DNA of 63,686 nucleotides, filler included. It is 8 parts of 8 records of this genome, joined end to end, with 100 filler letters (N's around TTAATTAATTAA, not from the genome) between each part and the next. Parts side by side here need not be neighbours in the genome. Positions count along the whole stretch, not along the records: positions 1 to 4,587 come from SRR20825010_6591; positions 4,688 to 13,441 come from SRR20825010_6595; 6 more parts are not named here. One strand, 5' to 3'. Under the pieces are notes generated by a model, which saw only the letters and a list, made by a program, of their open reading frames with translations, did not search any database and had not been told where the DNA came from. Numbering within the stretch: the first letter of the stretch is position 1; each line of letters starts with the position of its first letter. Shown piece after piece: positions 1 to 9,979 of the stretch. The translations under genes and the position numbers were made by a program.

Positions 1-409
1 GGGCCTGTCCACCCAGACCCTTGCCATAGGGCGGGTCGAGAAAGATCAGGCCGCAGGGTGTTTCCGCAGCGGGCAGGCGGGTGGCGGTATGGGCGATCAG
101 TTTTGTCCGATCACCACAGCCAAGCGTGCGGATATTGTCGCGGATCAGCTTGCCCGCCACGCGCCCGTCATCGACAAAGGTCATATGTGCCGCGCCGCGC
201 GACAGCGCCTCTAGCCCCAACGCGCCGGTGCCTGCAAACAGGTCCAACCCCTGCGCGCCGTCAAACGGATCGCCAAAGCGTCCTCCTGCCAGCATGTTGA
301 ACAGCGCCTCGCGCACGCGGTCCGTGGTCGGGCGCAGATGGGCGCCCGCGTCGCCCTTACCAACAGAGGCCAACCGCCGTCCGCGCCACTCTCCTGCGAT
401 GATCCTCAC
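1..409 (-). CDS. rsmD: 16S rRNA m2G966 methyltransferase RsmD (3' end truncated at window edge)
   Basis: Not in the ORF track. Manual translation from GTG at 409 gives MRIIAGEWRGRRL...RPTTDRVREALFNML...DLFAGTGALGLEALSRGA...FLDPPYG, the RsmD signatures. Start overlaps the upstream stop (GTGA). Confidence 0.93.
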   Translation of the reverse strand, partial: MRIIAGEWRGRRLASVGKGDAGAHLRPTTDRVREALFNMLAGGRFGDPFDGAQGLDLFAGTGALGLEALSRGAAHMTFVDDGRVAGKLIRDNIRTLGCGDRTKLIAHTATRLPAAETPCGLIFLDPPYGKGLGGQA

Positions 410-1611
410 GCTTTGAGCAAGGCTTTGAGGTCGGTGTTCGGGTCGGCCACCGCCTTTGGCGCGGGGCTTTTGCCCGCCTCGATCAGGCGCTTGCCGACCA
501 TGTAAGACCGGCTGTCGTTCATCGCATCCACCGCCAGCAGGCGGTCGCCGGCGTAGTACCAATGCGAGCGGGCGGTGCCGTCCTCACGCACGACGATTTG
601 GTCATAGCCTGCATTCAGGCCGGCGATTTGCAGTTTCACATCGTATTGATCCGACCAGAACCAAGGGGTGGCGGTGTAGTCGCGGTCCGCCCCCATGATG
701 TTGTCGGCCACCAGTTCACCCATGTCGATGGCGTTGCCCACCGATTCCAGTCGCATCCGGGCGGCGTGTTGCGGAAAGCTGGCGCAGTCGCCTGCCGCCC
801 AGATCGCCGGGTCGCTGGTCAAACCACGCGCGTTGACGGCGATGCCATTGTCGATCTCGAGCCCGCAGCCTTCGGCCAGGGCGGTGGCGGGGGTGATGCC
901 GACGCCGACAATCACCATGTCAACATCGAGCGCGGAGCCATCCGCCAGTTCCGCGCCGGTGACGTGGGTTTCGCCGATCAGGCGTTTCAACCCGGTGCCT
1001 TCGCGCAGGTCGACTCCGTGCGACTTGTGCAATTCGCGGAACCAGGCCGAGGTCTCAGACGCGGCAACCCGTTGCAGGATGCGGTCGGCCGCCTCGACCA
1101 GTGCCACGGTCAGGCCCAGCTTGGCGCAGACCGCCGCCGCCTCTAGCCCGATATAGCCGCCACCGACGATCAAGACACGCTTGCCCGCAGTGCAGGCGGG
1201 GGCCATCGCGTCGACGTCTTGCAGAGTCCGCACCACATGCACGCCTGCCAATTCACCGCCGATGGCGCCGGGCAGGCGGCGCGGCACCGACCCAGTGCAG
1301 AGCACGCAGTGGTCATAGGGGATCGCCTCGCCCCCGGCGACGACCTGTTTGGACGCCCTGTCGATGGCGGTGGCGGTGTTCGAGAGTTTCAGGTCAATCG
1401 CGTTTTCGGGGTAATACGTCTTTGGCCGCAGGTAGAGGCGTTCCAGATCCATCTCCCCCAGAAGATAGGCTTTGGACAAGGGCGGGCGCTGATAGGGAAC
1501 GGAGGGTTCTTCGCCGATCAGGGTGATCTTGCCCTCGTGCCCCTTGGACCGCAGCCGCGCCACCAGAGAGGCCGCCGCCTGTCCCGCGCCGATCACAACA
1601 ACGTCGCTCAT
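406..1611 (-). CDS. NAD(P)/FAD-dependent oxidoreductase, ferredoxin reductase family
   Basis: VVIGAGQA, YQRPPLSK, IVGGGYIGLE, AAGDCA, PWFWSDQY motifs. Start reassigned to ATG at 1611 (MSDVVVIGAG). Confidence 0.92.
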   Translation of the reverse strand: MSDVVVIGAGQAAASLVARLRSKGHEGKITLIGEEPSVPYQRPPLSKAYLLGEMDLERLYLRPKTYYPENAIDLKLSNTATAIDRASKQVVAGGEAIPYDHCVLCTGSVPRRLPGAIGGELAGVHVVRTLQDVDAMAPACTAGKRVLIVGGGYIGLEAAAVCAKLGLTVALVEAADRILQRVAASETSAWFRELHKSHGVDLREGTGLKRLIGETHVTGAELADGSALDVDMVIVGVGITPATALAEGCGLEIDNGIAVNARGLTSDPAIWAAGDCASFPQHAARMRLESVGNAIDMGELVADNIMGADRDYTATPWFWSDQYDVKLQIAGLNAGYDQIVVREDGTARSHWYYAGDRLLAVDAMNDSRSYMVGKRLIEAGKSPAPKAVADPNTDLKALLKA

Positions 1612-1691
1612 TTTGCCCTCACCGGTTTTAATTCTCCGCCGACAAACTACAGTCTGTCTTTGGGAACGCAATTCCAAGGAGCGACAGGAAC

Positions 1692-2180
1692 ATGACGATT
1701 TCAGTAGGGGACACCCTGCCAGAGGCCACTCTGGCGCGTATGGGGGACAGTGGTCCCGATCAGGTGGCGTTGAGCGAACTCACCAAGGGCCGCAAAGTGG
1801 TGATTTTTGGCCTGCCGGGGGCCTATACCGGCACCTGCACCACGGCCCATGTGCCCAGCTTTATCCGCACGCGCTCGGGATTTGCTGACAAGGGCGTTGA
1901 TGAGGTCATTTGCCTGTCGGTGAACGACCCATTTGTGATGGGCGCATGGGGCGAGGCGACGGGGGCCACGGATGCGGGGATCACCATGTTGGGCGATCCG
2001 GCAGCCGAGCTGACCAAGGCGATGGGCCTAGCGTTCACGGCCCCGCCAGCCGGGTTGTATGACCGGTCCAAGCGGTATGCCATGATGGTCGAGGATGGCA
2101 CGGTGAAGGTGCTGCATCTGGAGGAAAGCCCGGGTGTGTGTGAAACATCGGGCGGTGAGGCGCTGCTGGCCGCGATCTAA
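1692..2180 (+). CDS. Peroxiredoxin, Prx5/redoxin type
   Basis: PGAYTGTCTTAHVP peroxidatic Cys motif, VNDPFVM, RSKRYAM. Confidence 0.93.
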   Translation: MTISVGDTLPEATLARMGDSGPDQVALSELTKGRKVVIFGLPGAYTGTCTTAHVPSFIRTRSGFADKGVDEVICLSVNDPFVMGAWGEATGATDAGITMLGDPAAELTKAMGLAFTAPPAGLYDRSKRYAMMVEDGTVKVLHLEESPGVCETSGGEALLAAI

Positions 2181-2201
2181 GGCGCGGGCAGATAAGCGGG
2201 A

Positions 2202-2285
2202 GAGGGGGCGTCATGCCAGAGGCATGCTTGCAGCATGACCCCCTCGGCCTGCGTCCTCACCCCTCGGGATATTTCAGGACAGACG
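2202..2285. repeat. GC-rich intergenic hairpin / REP-like element between convergent genes
   Basis: GAGGGGG-CG-TCATGC (2202-2216) pairs with GCATGA-CCCCCTC (2233-2245), followed by GGCCTGCGTCCTCACCCCTCGGGATATTT. Confidence 0.5.
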
Positions 2286-2300
2286 AGCCGAGAAGCGGTG

Positions 2301-2591
2301 TCAGAGGCTATCCATCTTGCGCGCCAATTTGGCGTCCAGGGTCGAAAGGCCGCCGACGTCATGGGTGCTGAGAGTGACCTTTACGGTCTTGTAGATGTTG
2401 AACCATTCGGGATGGTGATCCCATTTTTCGGCCCAGAGCGCTGCGCGGGTCATCCATGCGAAGGCCTGGGTGAAATCCTCAAACGTAAAAGTCTTGACGA
2501 TGGCATCGCGTCCCTCGACCATGGACCAGCCATTGTCCAGCAGCGGGGCAAGCACCGTCTTGCGGGCGGTGTCTGACAGTTTCTCGGTCAT
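2301..2591 (-). CDS. phhB: Pterin-4-alpha-carbinolamine dehydratase
   Basis: DHHPEWFN...[11 protein letters not shown] motif. Confidence 0.93.
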   Translation of the reverse strand: MTEKLSDTARKTVLAPLLDNGWSMVEGRDAIVKTFTFEDFTQAFAWMTRAALWAEKWDHHPEWFNIYKTVKVTLSTHDVGGLSTLDAKLARKMDSL

Positions 2592-3787
2592 TCCTGTTCC
2601 TCCTGTCTGTCCTTGCGGAAGGGGCCGTAGGCCGTGAGGATTTCAATGTCCTCATCCACCGCGCGTCGTTCGGCCTGCAGATACTTGGCGACGGCATCGG
2701 CAAAGCCGGGGTTGCCGATCCAATGTAGCGAATGGGTTGGGCGTGGCAGGTAGCCGCGCGCCAGTTTGTGTTCGCCTTGTGCGCCCGCCTCAACCGACTG
2801 CAACCCATGTGCGATGGCAAAGTCGATAGCCTGATAGTAACACGCCTCAAAGTGCAGGCAGGGATGATCCTCTGTGCAGCCCCAATAGCGGCCGAATAGC
2901 GCCTCTTGGCCGATAAAGTTCAGCGCGCCCGCCACATAGCGTCCGTCGTGCGAACACATGACCAGTGCGATGTCGTCGCGCAGGTGATCTTGTGCGAGGT
3001 CAAAGAACGCGCGGGTCAGGTAGGGCGAGCCCCATTTGCGGCTGCCGGTGTCCTGATAAAAGACCCAGAAGGCATCCCAGTGTTCGGGGCGGATCTGGCC
3101 ACCGGTCAGGATCTCTATCTTGCCGCCGAAATCCTGCGCCTTTGCGCGTTCCTTGCGAATGTTCTTGCGCTTGCGCGAGCTCAGGCTGGCAAGGAAAGCG
3201 TCAAAGTCGGCGTAGCCGTGGTTCTCCCAATGGAACTGTTGCGTGGTCCGCCGCATCAGGCCGATCTGCTCGCCGGCGATGGCCTCTGCTTCGGTGCAAA
3301 AGGTGACGTGGACCGACGACAGGTCGTTGTCTGACGCGATCTGGACGGCGCCCTGAATGAGCGCGGAGATGCCGGTCACCTCAAACCCCGGTTTGGTCAG
3401 AAATCGCCGCCCGGTGGCCGGGGTAAAGGGCACTGCAACTTGCAGTTTGGGGTAATAGTCGCCGCCTGCCTGCTCAAGCGCATGGGCCCAGTTGTGATCG
3501 AAGATGTATTCGCCCTGGCTGTGGGATTTCACATACAGCGGGGCGACAGCGATGGTCTCTCCCGCTGACTCGACCCGCAGGTAACGCGGGTCCCAGCCAG
3601 TGCCGGGGCCAACCGATCCGCTGTCCTCCAGCGCCTTGAGAAAGCGGTGCGTGGTAAATGGGTCGATCGGGCGACCACCGCCCGCCGCCTCGGGGCAGGC
3701 GCAAGCGTCCCATACCTCGGACGCGATTTGCGACAAAGAGGAGAGGACATCGATAGAGACAGTGGGGGCCGGGCGCTGATCGGTCAT
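2588..3787 (-). CDS. GNAT/FemAB-like N-acetyltransferase (DUF482)
   Basis: [17 protein letters not shown]...[30 protein letters not shown]. Start reassigned to 3787 (MTDQRP). Confidence 0.9.
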   Translation of the reverse strand: MTDQRPAPTVSIDVLSSLSQIASEVWDACACPEAAGGGRPIDPFTTHRFLKALEDSGSVGPGTGWDPRYLRVESAGETIAVAPLYVKSHSQGEYIFDHNWAHALEQAGGDYYPKLQVAVPFTPATGRRFLTKPGFEVTGISALIQGAVQIASDNDLSSVHVTFCTEAEAIAGEQIGLMRRTTQQFHWENHGYADFDAFLASLSSRKRKNIRKERAKAQDFGGKIEILTGGQIRPEHWDAFWVFYQDTGSRKWGSPYLTRAFFDLAQDHLRDDIALVMCSHDGRYVAGALNFIGQEALFGRYWGCTEDHPCLHFEACYYQAIDFAIAHGLQSVEAGAQGEHKLARGYLPRPTHSLHWIGNPGFADAVAKYLQAERRAVDEDIEILTAYGPFRKDRQEEQE

Positions 3788-3821
3788 GACATCTGTCAAT
3801 CTGGCATCGCGGGCGCGGTGA

Positions 3822-4571
3822 TCAAGCGGTGTACCCTTCAAAGGTGACATTCTCGGCAATGCGCCGCGCCTTTGCCTCTTCGGCGGGCGAGCGGATTGTC
3901 CAGCACAACACATGCAGGCCGCGCGCCTTTTGGATGGCCACATGCGGGCTGTCCAGATCGCTGTGGTCATGAGAGATAAAACTGGCCCCCATCTCGACCA
4001 ATCCGGGCATGGTGCGCAGATGATCACGGATTTCGGCGGGCAGGGTCGGGTAATCGTCGGCAGTCGCGGCGCAAGTGGTCAGGCCGCGCGGGCGATCGGG
4101 GCAGAGCCGCGCCATGTCCGCCGCTGAATGCGGGTTGAAAGACATGAAGGCGACCGGCCCGTCGTATCCCGACACAGCCCCGGCCACTGCCTGTTCCAGT
4201 GCGCCGATGTTCGGCCCCATGCGGCCATCCTGATCCTTGAGTTCGATCAGCAGGGGCACCGCGCCGCCGACAATATCCAGCACCTCGGCCAGAGTCGGCA
4301 CGCCTTCGTCGCCGCCGATCAGGGGCAGTTGCGCCAGATCTGCAGCGGTGCGCTGCTGAATGGGGCCGTTGACCCCGGTCAGACGGTCCAGCGCATAGTC
4401 GTGAAAGACCATCGCCTGATTGTCCTTGGACCGCTGGATATCAATCTCGATTCCGTACCCGGCATCGACCGCCGCCCGGATGGCGGCGCGCGAGTTTTCG
4501 GGGCGGCCCGCGCCGTGCAGGGCGCGGTGCGCTATCGGGCCGTCCAGAAAAACCGGCGGCAGCGGGGTCAT
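3822..4571 (-). CDS. Glycerophosphodiester phosphodiesterase family protein
   Basis: IAHRALH...PENS, GIEIDIQ, VFHD..LDRLT, IELK. Confidence 0.92.
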   Translation of the reverse strand: MTPLPPVFLDGPIAHRALHGAGRPENSRAAIRAAVDAGYGIEIDIQRSKDNQAMVFHDYALDRLTGVNGPIQQRTAADLAQLPLIGGDEGVPTLAEVLDIVGGAVPLLIELKDQDGRMGPNIGALEQAVAGAVSGYDGPVAFMSFNPHSAADMARLCPDRPRGLTTCAATADDYPTLPAEIRDHLRTMPGLVEMGASFISHDHSDLDSPHVAIQKARGLHVLCWTIRSPAEEAKARRIAENVTFEGYTA

Positions 4572-4587
4572 CAGGCGATCTCGAAGA
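4571..4587 (-). CDS. Probable RidA-family protein, last codons only
   Basis: Reads ...FEIA-stop, like the RidA C-terminus seen at 17408-17875 (GIFEVAD). Stop overlaps the GDPD start. Confidence 0.45.
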
Positions 4588-4687
4588 NNNNNNNNNNNNN
4601 NNNNNNNNNNNNNNNNNNNNNNNNNNNNNNNTTAATTAATTAANNNNNNNNNNNNNNNNNNNNNNNNNNNNNNNNNNNNNNNNNNNN
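4588..4687. other. Artificial contig linker
   Basis: N44-TTAATTAATTAA-N44, stops in all six frames; gene content is discontinuous across it. Confidence 0.99.
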
Positions 4688-6015
4688 GTGTGACAGAAAG
4701 ATTGCATCACCAGGTCGGCCTGGAAGCCCAGGCAAGCCAGATCTTTCAGCTCGTCACGGGTCATCGGGCCAGTGGTGTCCTGGGAACCTACGGTGGTCAT
4801 CTTCGGCTCGCAGTACATGCCGGGGCGAACACCGTCCATGCCACAGGCCTTGCCGACCATTTTCTGGGCCAGAGTGAAGCCCTTGTCGGAATCACCCGGC
4901 TGTTCCGGCTTGCGGAACAGTTCGGACGGTGCCAGACCCAGCGCTTCGCGAGCCTTGGTGGTCAGGCCGCGACCGATGATCAGGTTGATACGGCCGCCGG
5001 CACGGACTTCGTCCAGCAGGACTTGTGAACGCAGGTCGAATTCAGCGATCACTTCGCCGTCTTTTTCGACCTTGCCTGCGAACGGGTAAACGTCGATCAC
5101 GTCACCGGTGTTCATTTTGGATACGTCGCACTCGAAGGGCAGGGCGCCGGAATCTTCCATGGTGTTGAAGAAGATCGGAGCGATCTTGCCGCCGATGCAG
5201 ACGCCGCCGGCGCGCTTGTTCGGTACGAACGGAATGTCGTCACCGAAGTGCCACAGTACGGAGTTGGTAGCAGATTTACGGGAAGAACCGGTACCCACAA
5301 CGTCACCCACGTAGGCAACCGGGTGGCCTTTTTTCTTCAGCTCGTCCATCTGGCTCAGTGGGCCGATTTCGCCGTCTTTTTCCGGAGTGATACCTTCACG
5401 CGCATTTTTCAGCATGGCATTGCCGTGCAGCGGGATATCCGGGCGGCTCCAGGCGTCCTGTGCGGGGGACAGGTCGTCGGTGTTGGTTTCACCGGTAACC
5501 TTGAAGACAGACAAGGTCATTTTTTCGGCCAGGTCGGCACGCTTGGTGAACCATTCGCCTTCCGCCCAGGATTCAATCACTTCCTTGGCTTTGGCGTTGC
5601 CGGCTTTCATTTTGTCTTCCACGTCGTGGAATGCATCAAAAACCAGCAAAGTGTGCTTGAGTTGCTCGGCGGCTTCGTCAACCAGCTCGGCATCGTCCAG
5701 CGCTTCGATCAGCGGGGCCACGTTGTAGCCACCTTGCATGGTGCCCAGCAGCTGCACAGCACGCTTTTTGTCGATCAGAGGGGAGCTGGCTTCACCTTTC
5801 ACAATCGCGGTCAGGAAAGCGGCCTTTACATAAGCGGCCTGATCCACACCCGGCGGAACGCGGTTGACGAACAGGTCCTGGATAAATTCTTCTTCGCCAG
5901 CCGGCGGGTTCTTCAGCAGTTCTACCAGGTCGGCAACCTGCTGTTCGGTAAGCGGCTTCGGCGGTACACCTTCAGCGGCGCGCTCTTCTACATGTTTGCG
6001 ATAGGCTTCTAGCAC
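4688..6015 (-). CDS. acnB: Aconitate hydratase B (3' truncated)
   Basis: MLEAYRKHVEERAA, GETNTDDLSPA, GTGSSRKSA, GSQDTTGPMTRDELKDLAC, QSFCH. Confidence 0.98.
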
Positions 6016-6196
6016 AGCGTTTCCCTCATCGTCGTCTTGGCTGATTTCTTTTGGAAATCAGTCTTTTAGGGTGTTACTGGGGGTTGGAATTGCGCGCGGA
6101 GTATAGCGGAATGGGCATCAATTGTTAAGCCAAACCCGTATTGCAGCCATTCATGGCGTGAATACTCGTAATCACTGAAACCGTGGGGATACAAGG

Positions 6197-7105
6197 CTAG
6201 TAAGGCGTGTTGACCCCGGCCGGTGGGCGGCGGAAGCGTTTGTAGCTCCACAGGTATTGGCTCGGTGATTCGTTGATAAGCTGCTCGATTGAACGGTTCA
6301 TCGCGGTCAGCGCCGTGTCCAGGTCGTCATCCTTCACGGCGGGGTCGGCCGGGCGGACCCGTATTTCGTAGCCCTGGGTGCCTGGCAGACGGCGGGCCCA
6401 GGCCATAAACGTGACTGCCCCTGTCTGGCGAATCAGCTTGCAGGAGAGGGTGCCGGTGTATGCTGGCTGCCCATAGAAAGGTGCATGCCGGCCGCTGCGG
6501 CGATCGGGGACCTGATCCGGGAGAATGGCAGTCAGTGCGCCTTTCTTCATGGCCCTGACCAATCCCGCCACGCCGCGGGCGGTGGTCGGATACATGGTGG
6601 AGCCAAAATGCTCCCGGCCACTGCGGACCAGGTCGTCGACTTCCGGCAGGCCAGAGGGAGCAAACATGGCGTGTAAACCAAATTCGGTGGCCAGCCAGAA
6701 ATTCAGAACTTCCCAGCAGCCCAGGTGCGGCGCGAGAATCATGATGGGTTTGCCATCCAGCACGGCCTGGCGAAGCGGGGCGTCACCGTCAACCGCCACC
6801 ACTTGCTTCAGGCCCTGGGCAGGGTGGCGCCAGAACAGGGCAATTTCAAAGGTGTTCTTGACGCTTTCAATGAGTGATTGGCGTGCCAGCCGGTTCCGCT
6901 CTTTTTCAGTGAGGGTCGGGTAGCAGAGCGCCAAATTGGTTTTGCTGACTTTTAAGGCCTGAGTGGGCAGGTAGGCCAGCAAGGTGCCGACGGCGGTGGC
7001 GATCGCCCGATTGATGGCAAAAGGCAGGGTGCCCAGCAGTCGCAATGCGATGATGGCCGCTTGTCCCTTTGCCCGTTGTACGCGTGGATGTGTTTTTCTG
7101 CCCAT
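6197..7105 (-). CDS. Lipid A biosynthesis acyltransferase (HtrB/MsbB family)
   Basis: PHLGCWE (HX4E), ILPDQ, PFYG, PSQYLWSYKRFR. Confidence 0.9.
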   Translation of the reverse strand: MGRKTHPRVQRAKGQAAIIALRLLGTLPFAINRAIATAVGTLLAYLPTQALKVSKTNLALCYPTLTEKERNRLARQSLIESVKNTFEIALFWRHPAQGLKQVVAVDGDAPLRQAVLDGKPIMILAPHLGCWEVLNFWLATEFGLHAMFAPSGLPEVDDLVRSGREHFGSTMYPTTARGVAGLVRAMKKGALTAILPDQVPDRRSGRHAPFYGQPAYTGTLSCKLIRQTGAVTFMAWARRLPGTQGYEIRVRPADPAVKDDDLDTALTAMNRSIEQLINESPSQYLWSYKRFRRPPAGVNTPY

Positions 7106-7225
7106 GGCGCGACAGTATACGGGCGCGACGGGTGAGCACCAGCGGTGCGGGTGAGATTGCGTACAAAAACGCTATAATGCCGGCGCCTGTCTGCGGATGG
7201 GTTACCTTGAGCCAGCGAGAACCCC

Positions 7226-7834
7226 ATGCACGATATTTCCCACATCCGCGATTTTCTCCCCTGTGTGACGCCACCTGCCTGGGTCGACTGGGCGTTGCAG
7301 AACCCGGATATCCTGCTCATTGACCATGCCCACTGCGAAAAGAAAGCAGCCAGCACAGCGATAAACCTGATGTTTCGTTATGTGGATCGCCCCGAGCTAC
7401 TGGATACGCTGAGCCAACTGGCTCGGGAGGAGCTGCTGCATTTTGAGCAGGTGGTGCAGCTGATGCGGGCGCGTGGCGTGCAGTACGATCATATGACACC
7501 GGCGCGTTATGCCAAGGGGTTACGCCAGCATATACGCACGTCCGAACCCGGCCGTCTGGTGGATACCATGATTGTGGGCTCGTTGATTGAGGCGCGCAGC
7601 TGTGAGCGGTTTGCCGCTCTGGCTCCCCATGTGGATGAAGAGCTGGGGCGTTATTACCGTTATTTGTTGAAGAGTGAGTCGCGACACTTTGAGGATTATC
7701 TGAAACTGGCCGAGCAATATGCGCAGGGGCCGATCGCTGAACGGGTGGATTTCTTCAAGGCGGTAGAGCAGGAACTGATTGAAACACCGGATGATGAGTT
7801 CCGGTTTCATTCGGGAACGCCGAGAGGTAATTAA
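7226..7834 (+). CDS. miaE: tRNA-(ms2io6A37) hydroxylase
   Basis: DHAHCEKKAASTA, LAREEL.HF, IEARSCERF, SESRHF, FRFHSG. Confidence 0.96.
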   Translation: MHDISHIRDFLPCVTPPAWVDWALQNPDILLIDHAHCEKKAASTAINLMFRYVDRPELLDTLSQLAREELLHFEQVVQLMRARGVQYDHMTPARYAKGLRQHIRTSEPGRLVDTMIVGSLIEARSCERFAALAPHVDEELGRYYRYLLKSESRHFEDYLKLAEQYAQGPIAERVDFFKAVEQELIETPDDEFRFHSGTPRGN

Positions 7835-7978
7835 TCGTTAATAATGAATAGTTGCGCGAGTAACAGTTGTGATGGTTTAAACGCAAGAGGCCGCGCCCAA
7901 CCTATGGACGCGGCCTCTTGCGTTTGAAAAAGACAAAGCTGAGTCGCGAGTTATTAATTATTAACTATTCATTATTAA
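7831..7978. repeat. Inverted arrays of AT-rich heptamers flanking a terminator
   Basis: Left TTAATCG-TTAATAA-TGAATAG (7831-7851); right TTATTAA-TTATTAA-CTATTCA-TTATTAA (7951-7978). 7838-7853 and 7963-7978 are perfect 16-bp reverse complements. Confidence 0.85.
7879..7925. terminator. Bidirectional intrinsic terminator between miaE and lpxH
   Basis: Perfect 17-bp stem AAACGCAAGAGGCCGCG / CGCGGCCTCTTGCGTTT between convergent genes. Confidence 0.85.
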
Positions 7979-8706
7979 TTAATTTCAAAGCTTTCCAGTT
8001 TTAGCCCTTCTTCACTGTCGGCAATGATCTGCCAGCCCAGCTTGCCCCAGTCACCCAGCACCCAGCGCTTGCCGGTGCCGTCTGGCAAGGCTACGTCGTG
8101 GACGTCAGGGCGGTGGGTGTGGCCGTGGATCAAGTGCTTTACTCCGGCTTCTTGCATTTCCCGGACCACTTCTTCCGGGGTGACATCCATGATGTTTTCG
8201 GCCTTGTTGGCATTGTTGCCCTGGCTTTGCATGCGCATGCCCTGGGCGATCATGCGCCGTTCTTCCAGCGGCTTGGCAAGCATACCCTGTTGCCACTGTG
8301 GATTGCGGGCCATGGTGCGGAACTGTTGGTAGGCGGTGTCCAGGGTGCACAGACTATCGCCGTGCATCAGGATCGCATCAGTGCCGTAAAGATCGACTAC
8401 GGTGCCTTCGTCGAGCAGGGTGCCGCCGCAGGCAGTCGCAAAGTCGTTGCCGAGCATGAAATCCCGGTTGCCGTGCATGAAGTAGAGCTTGCTGCCGCTG
8501 TCGGAAAACTGGCGGAAGGCGGCAATGGCATCGAGATTGAACGGGGTGTCATCATCGTCGCCGATCCAGGCTTCGAAAAGGTCACCCAGTACATACAGGG
8601 CATCGGCTTTGCCGGCATGTTTTTCCAGCAGTTTTTTCAGGGCATCCAGATGCTCAGGGCGTGCCGGATCCAAGTGCAGATCGGAGATGAAAAGGGTGTA
8701 ACTCAT
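7975..8706 (-). CDS. lpxH: UDP-2,3-diacylglucosamine diphosphatase
   Basis: FISDLHL, LGDLFEAWIGDD, MHGNRDF, HGD.LCTLD, IHGHTHRP, VLGDW. Confidence 0.97.
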   Translation of the reverse strand: MSYTLFISDLHLDPARPEHLDALKKLLEKHAGKADALYVLGDLFEAWIGDDDDTPFNLDAIAAFRQFSDSGSKLYFMHGNRDFMLGNDFATACGGTLLDEGTVVDLYGTDAILMHGDSLCTLDTAYQQFRTMARNPQWQQGMLAKPLEERRMIAQGMRMQSQGNNANKAENIMDVTPEEVVREMQEAGVKHLIHGHTHRPDVHDVALPDGTGKRWVLGDWGKLGWQIIADSEEGLKLESFEIN

Positions 8707-8708
8707 GA

Positions 8709-9320
8709 CTATTGAGCGTCCTTCTCTTCGTTCGCCTGTTTAGCCGGCGCGCTGTCATCTTCCAGACGGTAGGCCTTGGTAATCAGAATCGGTACTTCCG
8801 GGACATCGCGGGCCATCATGCCGTTAAGGCGCTGGCTGGTGGTGGGCTCGCGAGCGATATTGTCGACCACATTCATGCCGTCAGTAACCGCTCCGAAAAC
8901 GGTATAGCCCCAGCCGCGAGTGTTCTTTCCGGTGAAATCCAGATTGCGGTTGTCTACCAGATTTATAAAGAACTGGGCGGTGGCTGAGTGCGGGTTGCTG
9001 GTGCGCGCCATCGCCAGAGTGCCGCGCTTGTTTTTGAGGCCGTTGTCGGCCTCGTTCTGAATGGGCTCGCGCGTGGCCTTGCGCTGCCCGCTCTGGTCAA
9101 AGCCGCCACCCTGAATCATGAAACCGCTAATAACACGGTGAAACTGGGTGCCGTTGTAGAAGCCACTGTCCACATATTGAAGAAAGTTGGCGACACTTTT
9201 CGGGGCTTTGTCTTCATACAGCTCGATGGTCACCGGGCCAGCGGTGGTGTCCAGGCGGACCACCGGGTTGGCCAGCAACAGACCAGGAAGCAGAGCGAGC
9301 AGGGCAGCAGCAAGGCGCAT
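8709..9320 (-). CDS. ppiA: Periplasmic cyclophilin-type peptidyl-prolyl isomerase
   Basis: Signal peptide plus [30 protein letters not shown]. Confidence 0.88.
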   Translation of the reverse strand: MRLAAALLALLPGLLLANPVVRLDTTAGPVTIELYEDKAPKSVANFLQYVDSGFYNGTQFHRVISGFMIQGGGFDQSGQRKATREPIQNEADNGLKNKRGTLAMARTSNPHSATAQFFINLVDNRNLDFTGKNTRGWGYTVFGAVTDGMNVVDNIAREPTTSQRLNGMMARDVPEVPILITKAYRLEDDSAPAKQANEEKDAQ

Positions 9321-9325
9321 GGCGA

Positions 9326-9823
9326 TTAGTCCTCAATCAGCTCGGCGGATTCGATCAGTACCGGTTCTGCTGGTACATCCTGATGACCGCCGCTGTTGCC
9401 GGTGGCGACATTGCGGATTTTTTCCACCACGTCCATGCCGTCAGACACGGCGCCGAATACGGCATAACCCCAGCCATCCTGGCTGCGTTCCTTGTCCAGG
9501 AAGTGGTTGTCGGCTACGTTGATGAAGAACTGGGCCGAGGCGGAATGCGGGTCCGGGGTGCGCGCCATGGCAATGGTGCCGGCCTTGTTGGACAGGCCAT
9601 TGCCCGCTTCATTCTGGATCGGTGCGCGGGTGGGCTTTTGCTGCATGTCTTCGGTGAAACCACCACCCTGGATCATGAAATTGCTGATAACGCGGTGGAA
9701 GATGGTGCCATCAAAGTGGCCTTCCTTGACGTATTGCACGAAGTTCTCGGTGGTTCCCGGCGCTTTCTCTGCGTCCAGTTGCAGGGTGATTTTGCCGTAA
9801 GTTGTTGTCAGCAACACTTTCAT
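9326..9823 (-). CDS. ppiB: Cytoplasmic cyclophilin-type peptidyl-prolyl isomerase
   Basis: [39 protein letters not shown]; upstream of lpxH. Confidence 0.93.
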   Translation of the reverse strand: MKVLLTTTYGKITLQLDAEKAPGTTENFVQYVKEGHFDGTIFHRVISNFMIQGGGFTEDMQQKPTRAPIQNEAGNGLSNKAGTIAMARTPDPHSASAQFFINVADNHFLDKERSQDGWGYAVFGAVSDGMDVVEKIRNVATGNSGGHQDVPAEPVLIESAELIED

Positions 9824-9979
9824 TGATGTTTCTCCGCAGGGTCGGACCCGTCAGTTAACGCCTATTTTGCGTGCAGAGGGGCCCTGAGTCTTTGACTGTT
9901 GGGGGGGCTACAGTACACTAGCGCACCTTCATTTTCACCGTACCCATTTACCGTATCTCTATCCGGACTGGCCCAGGCA

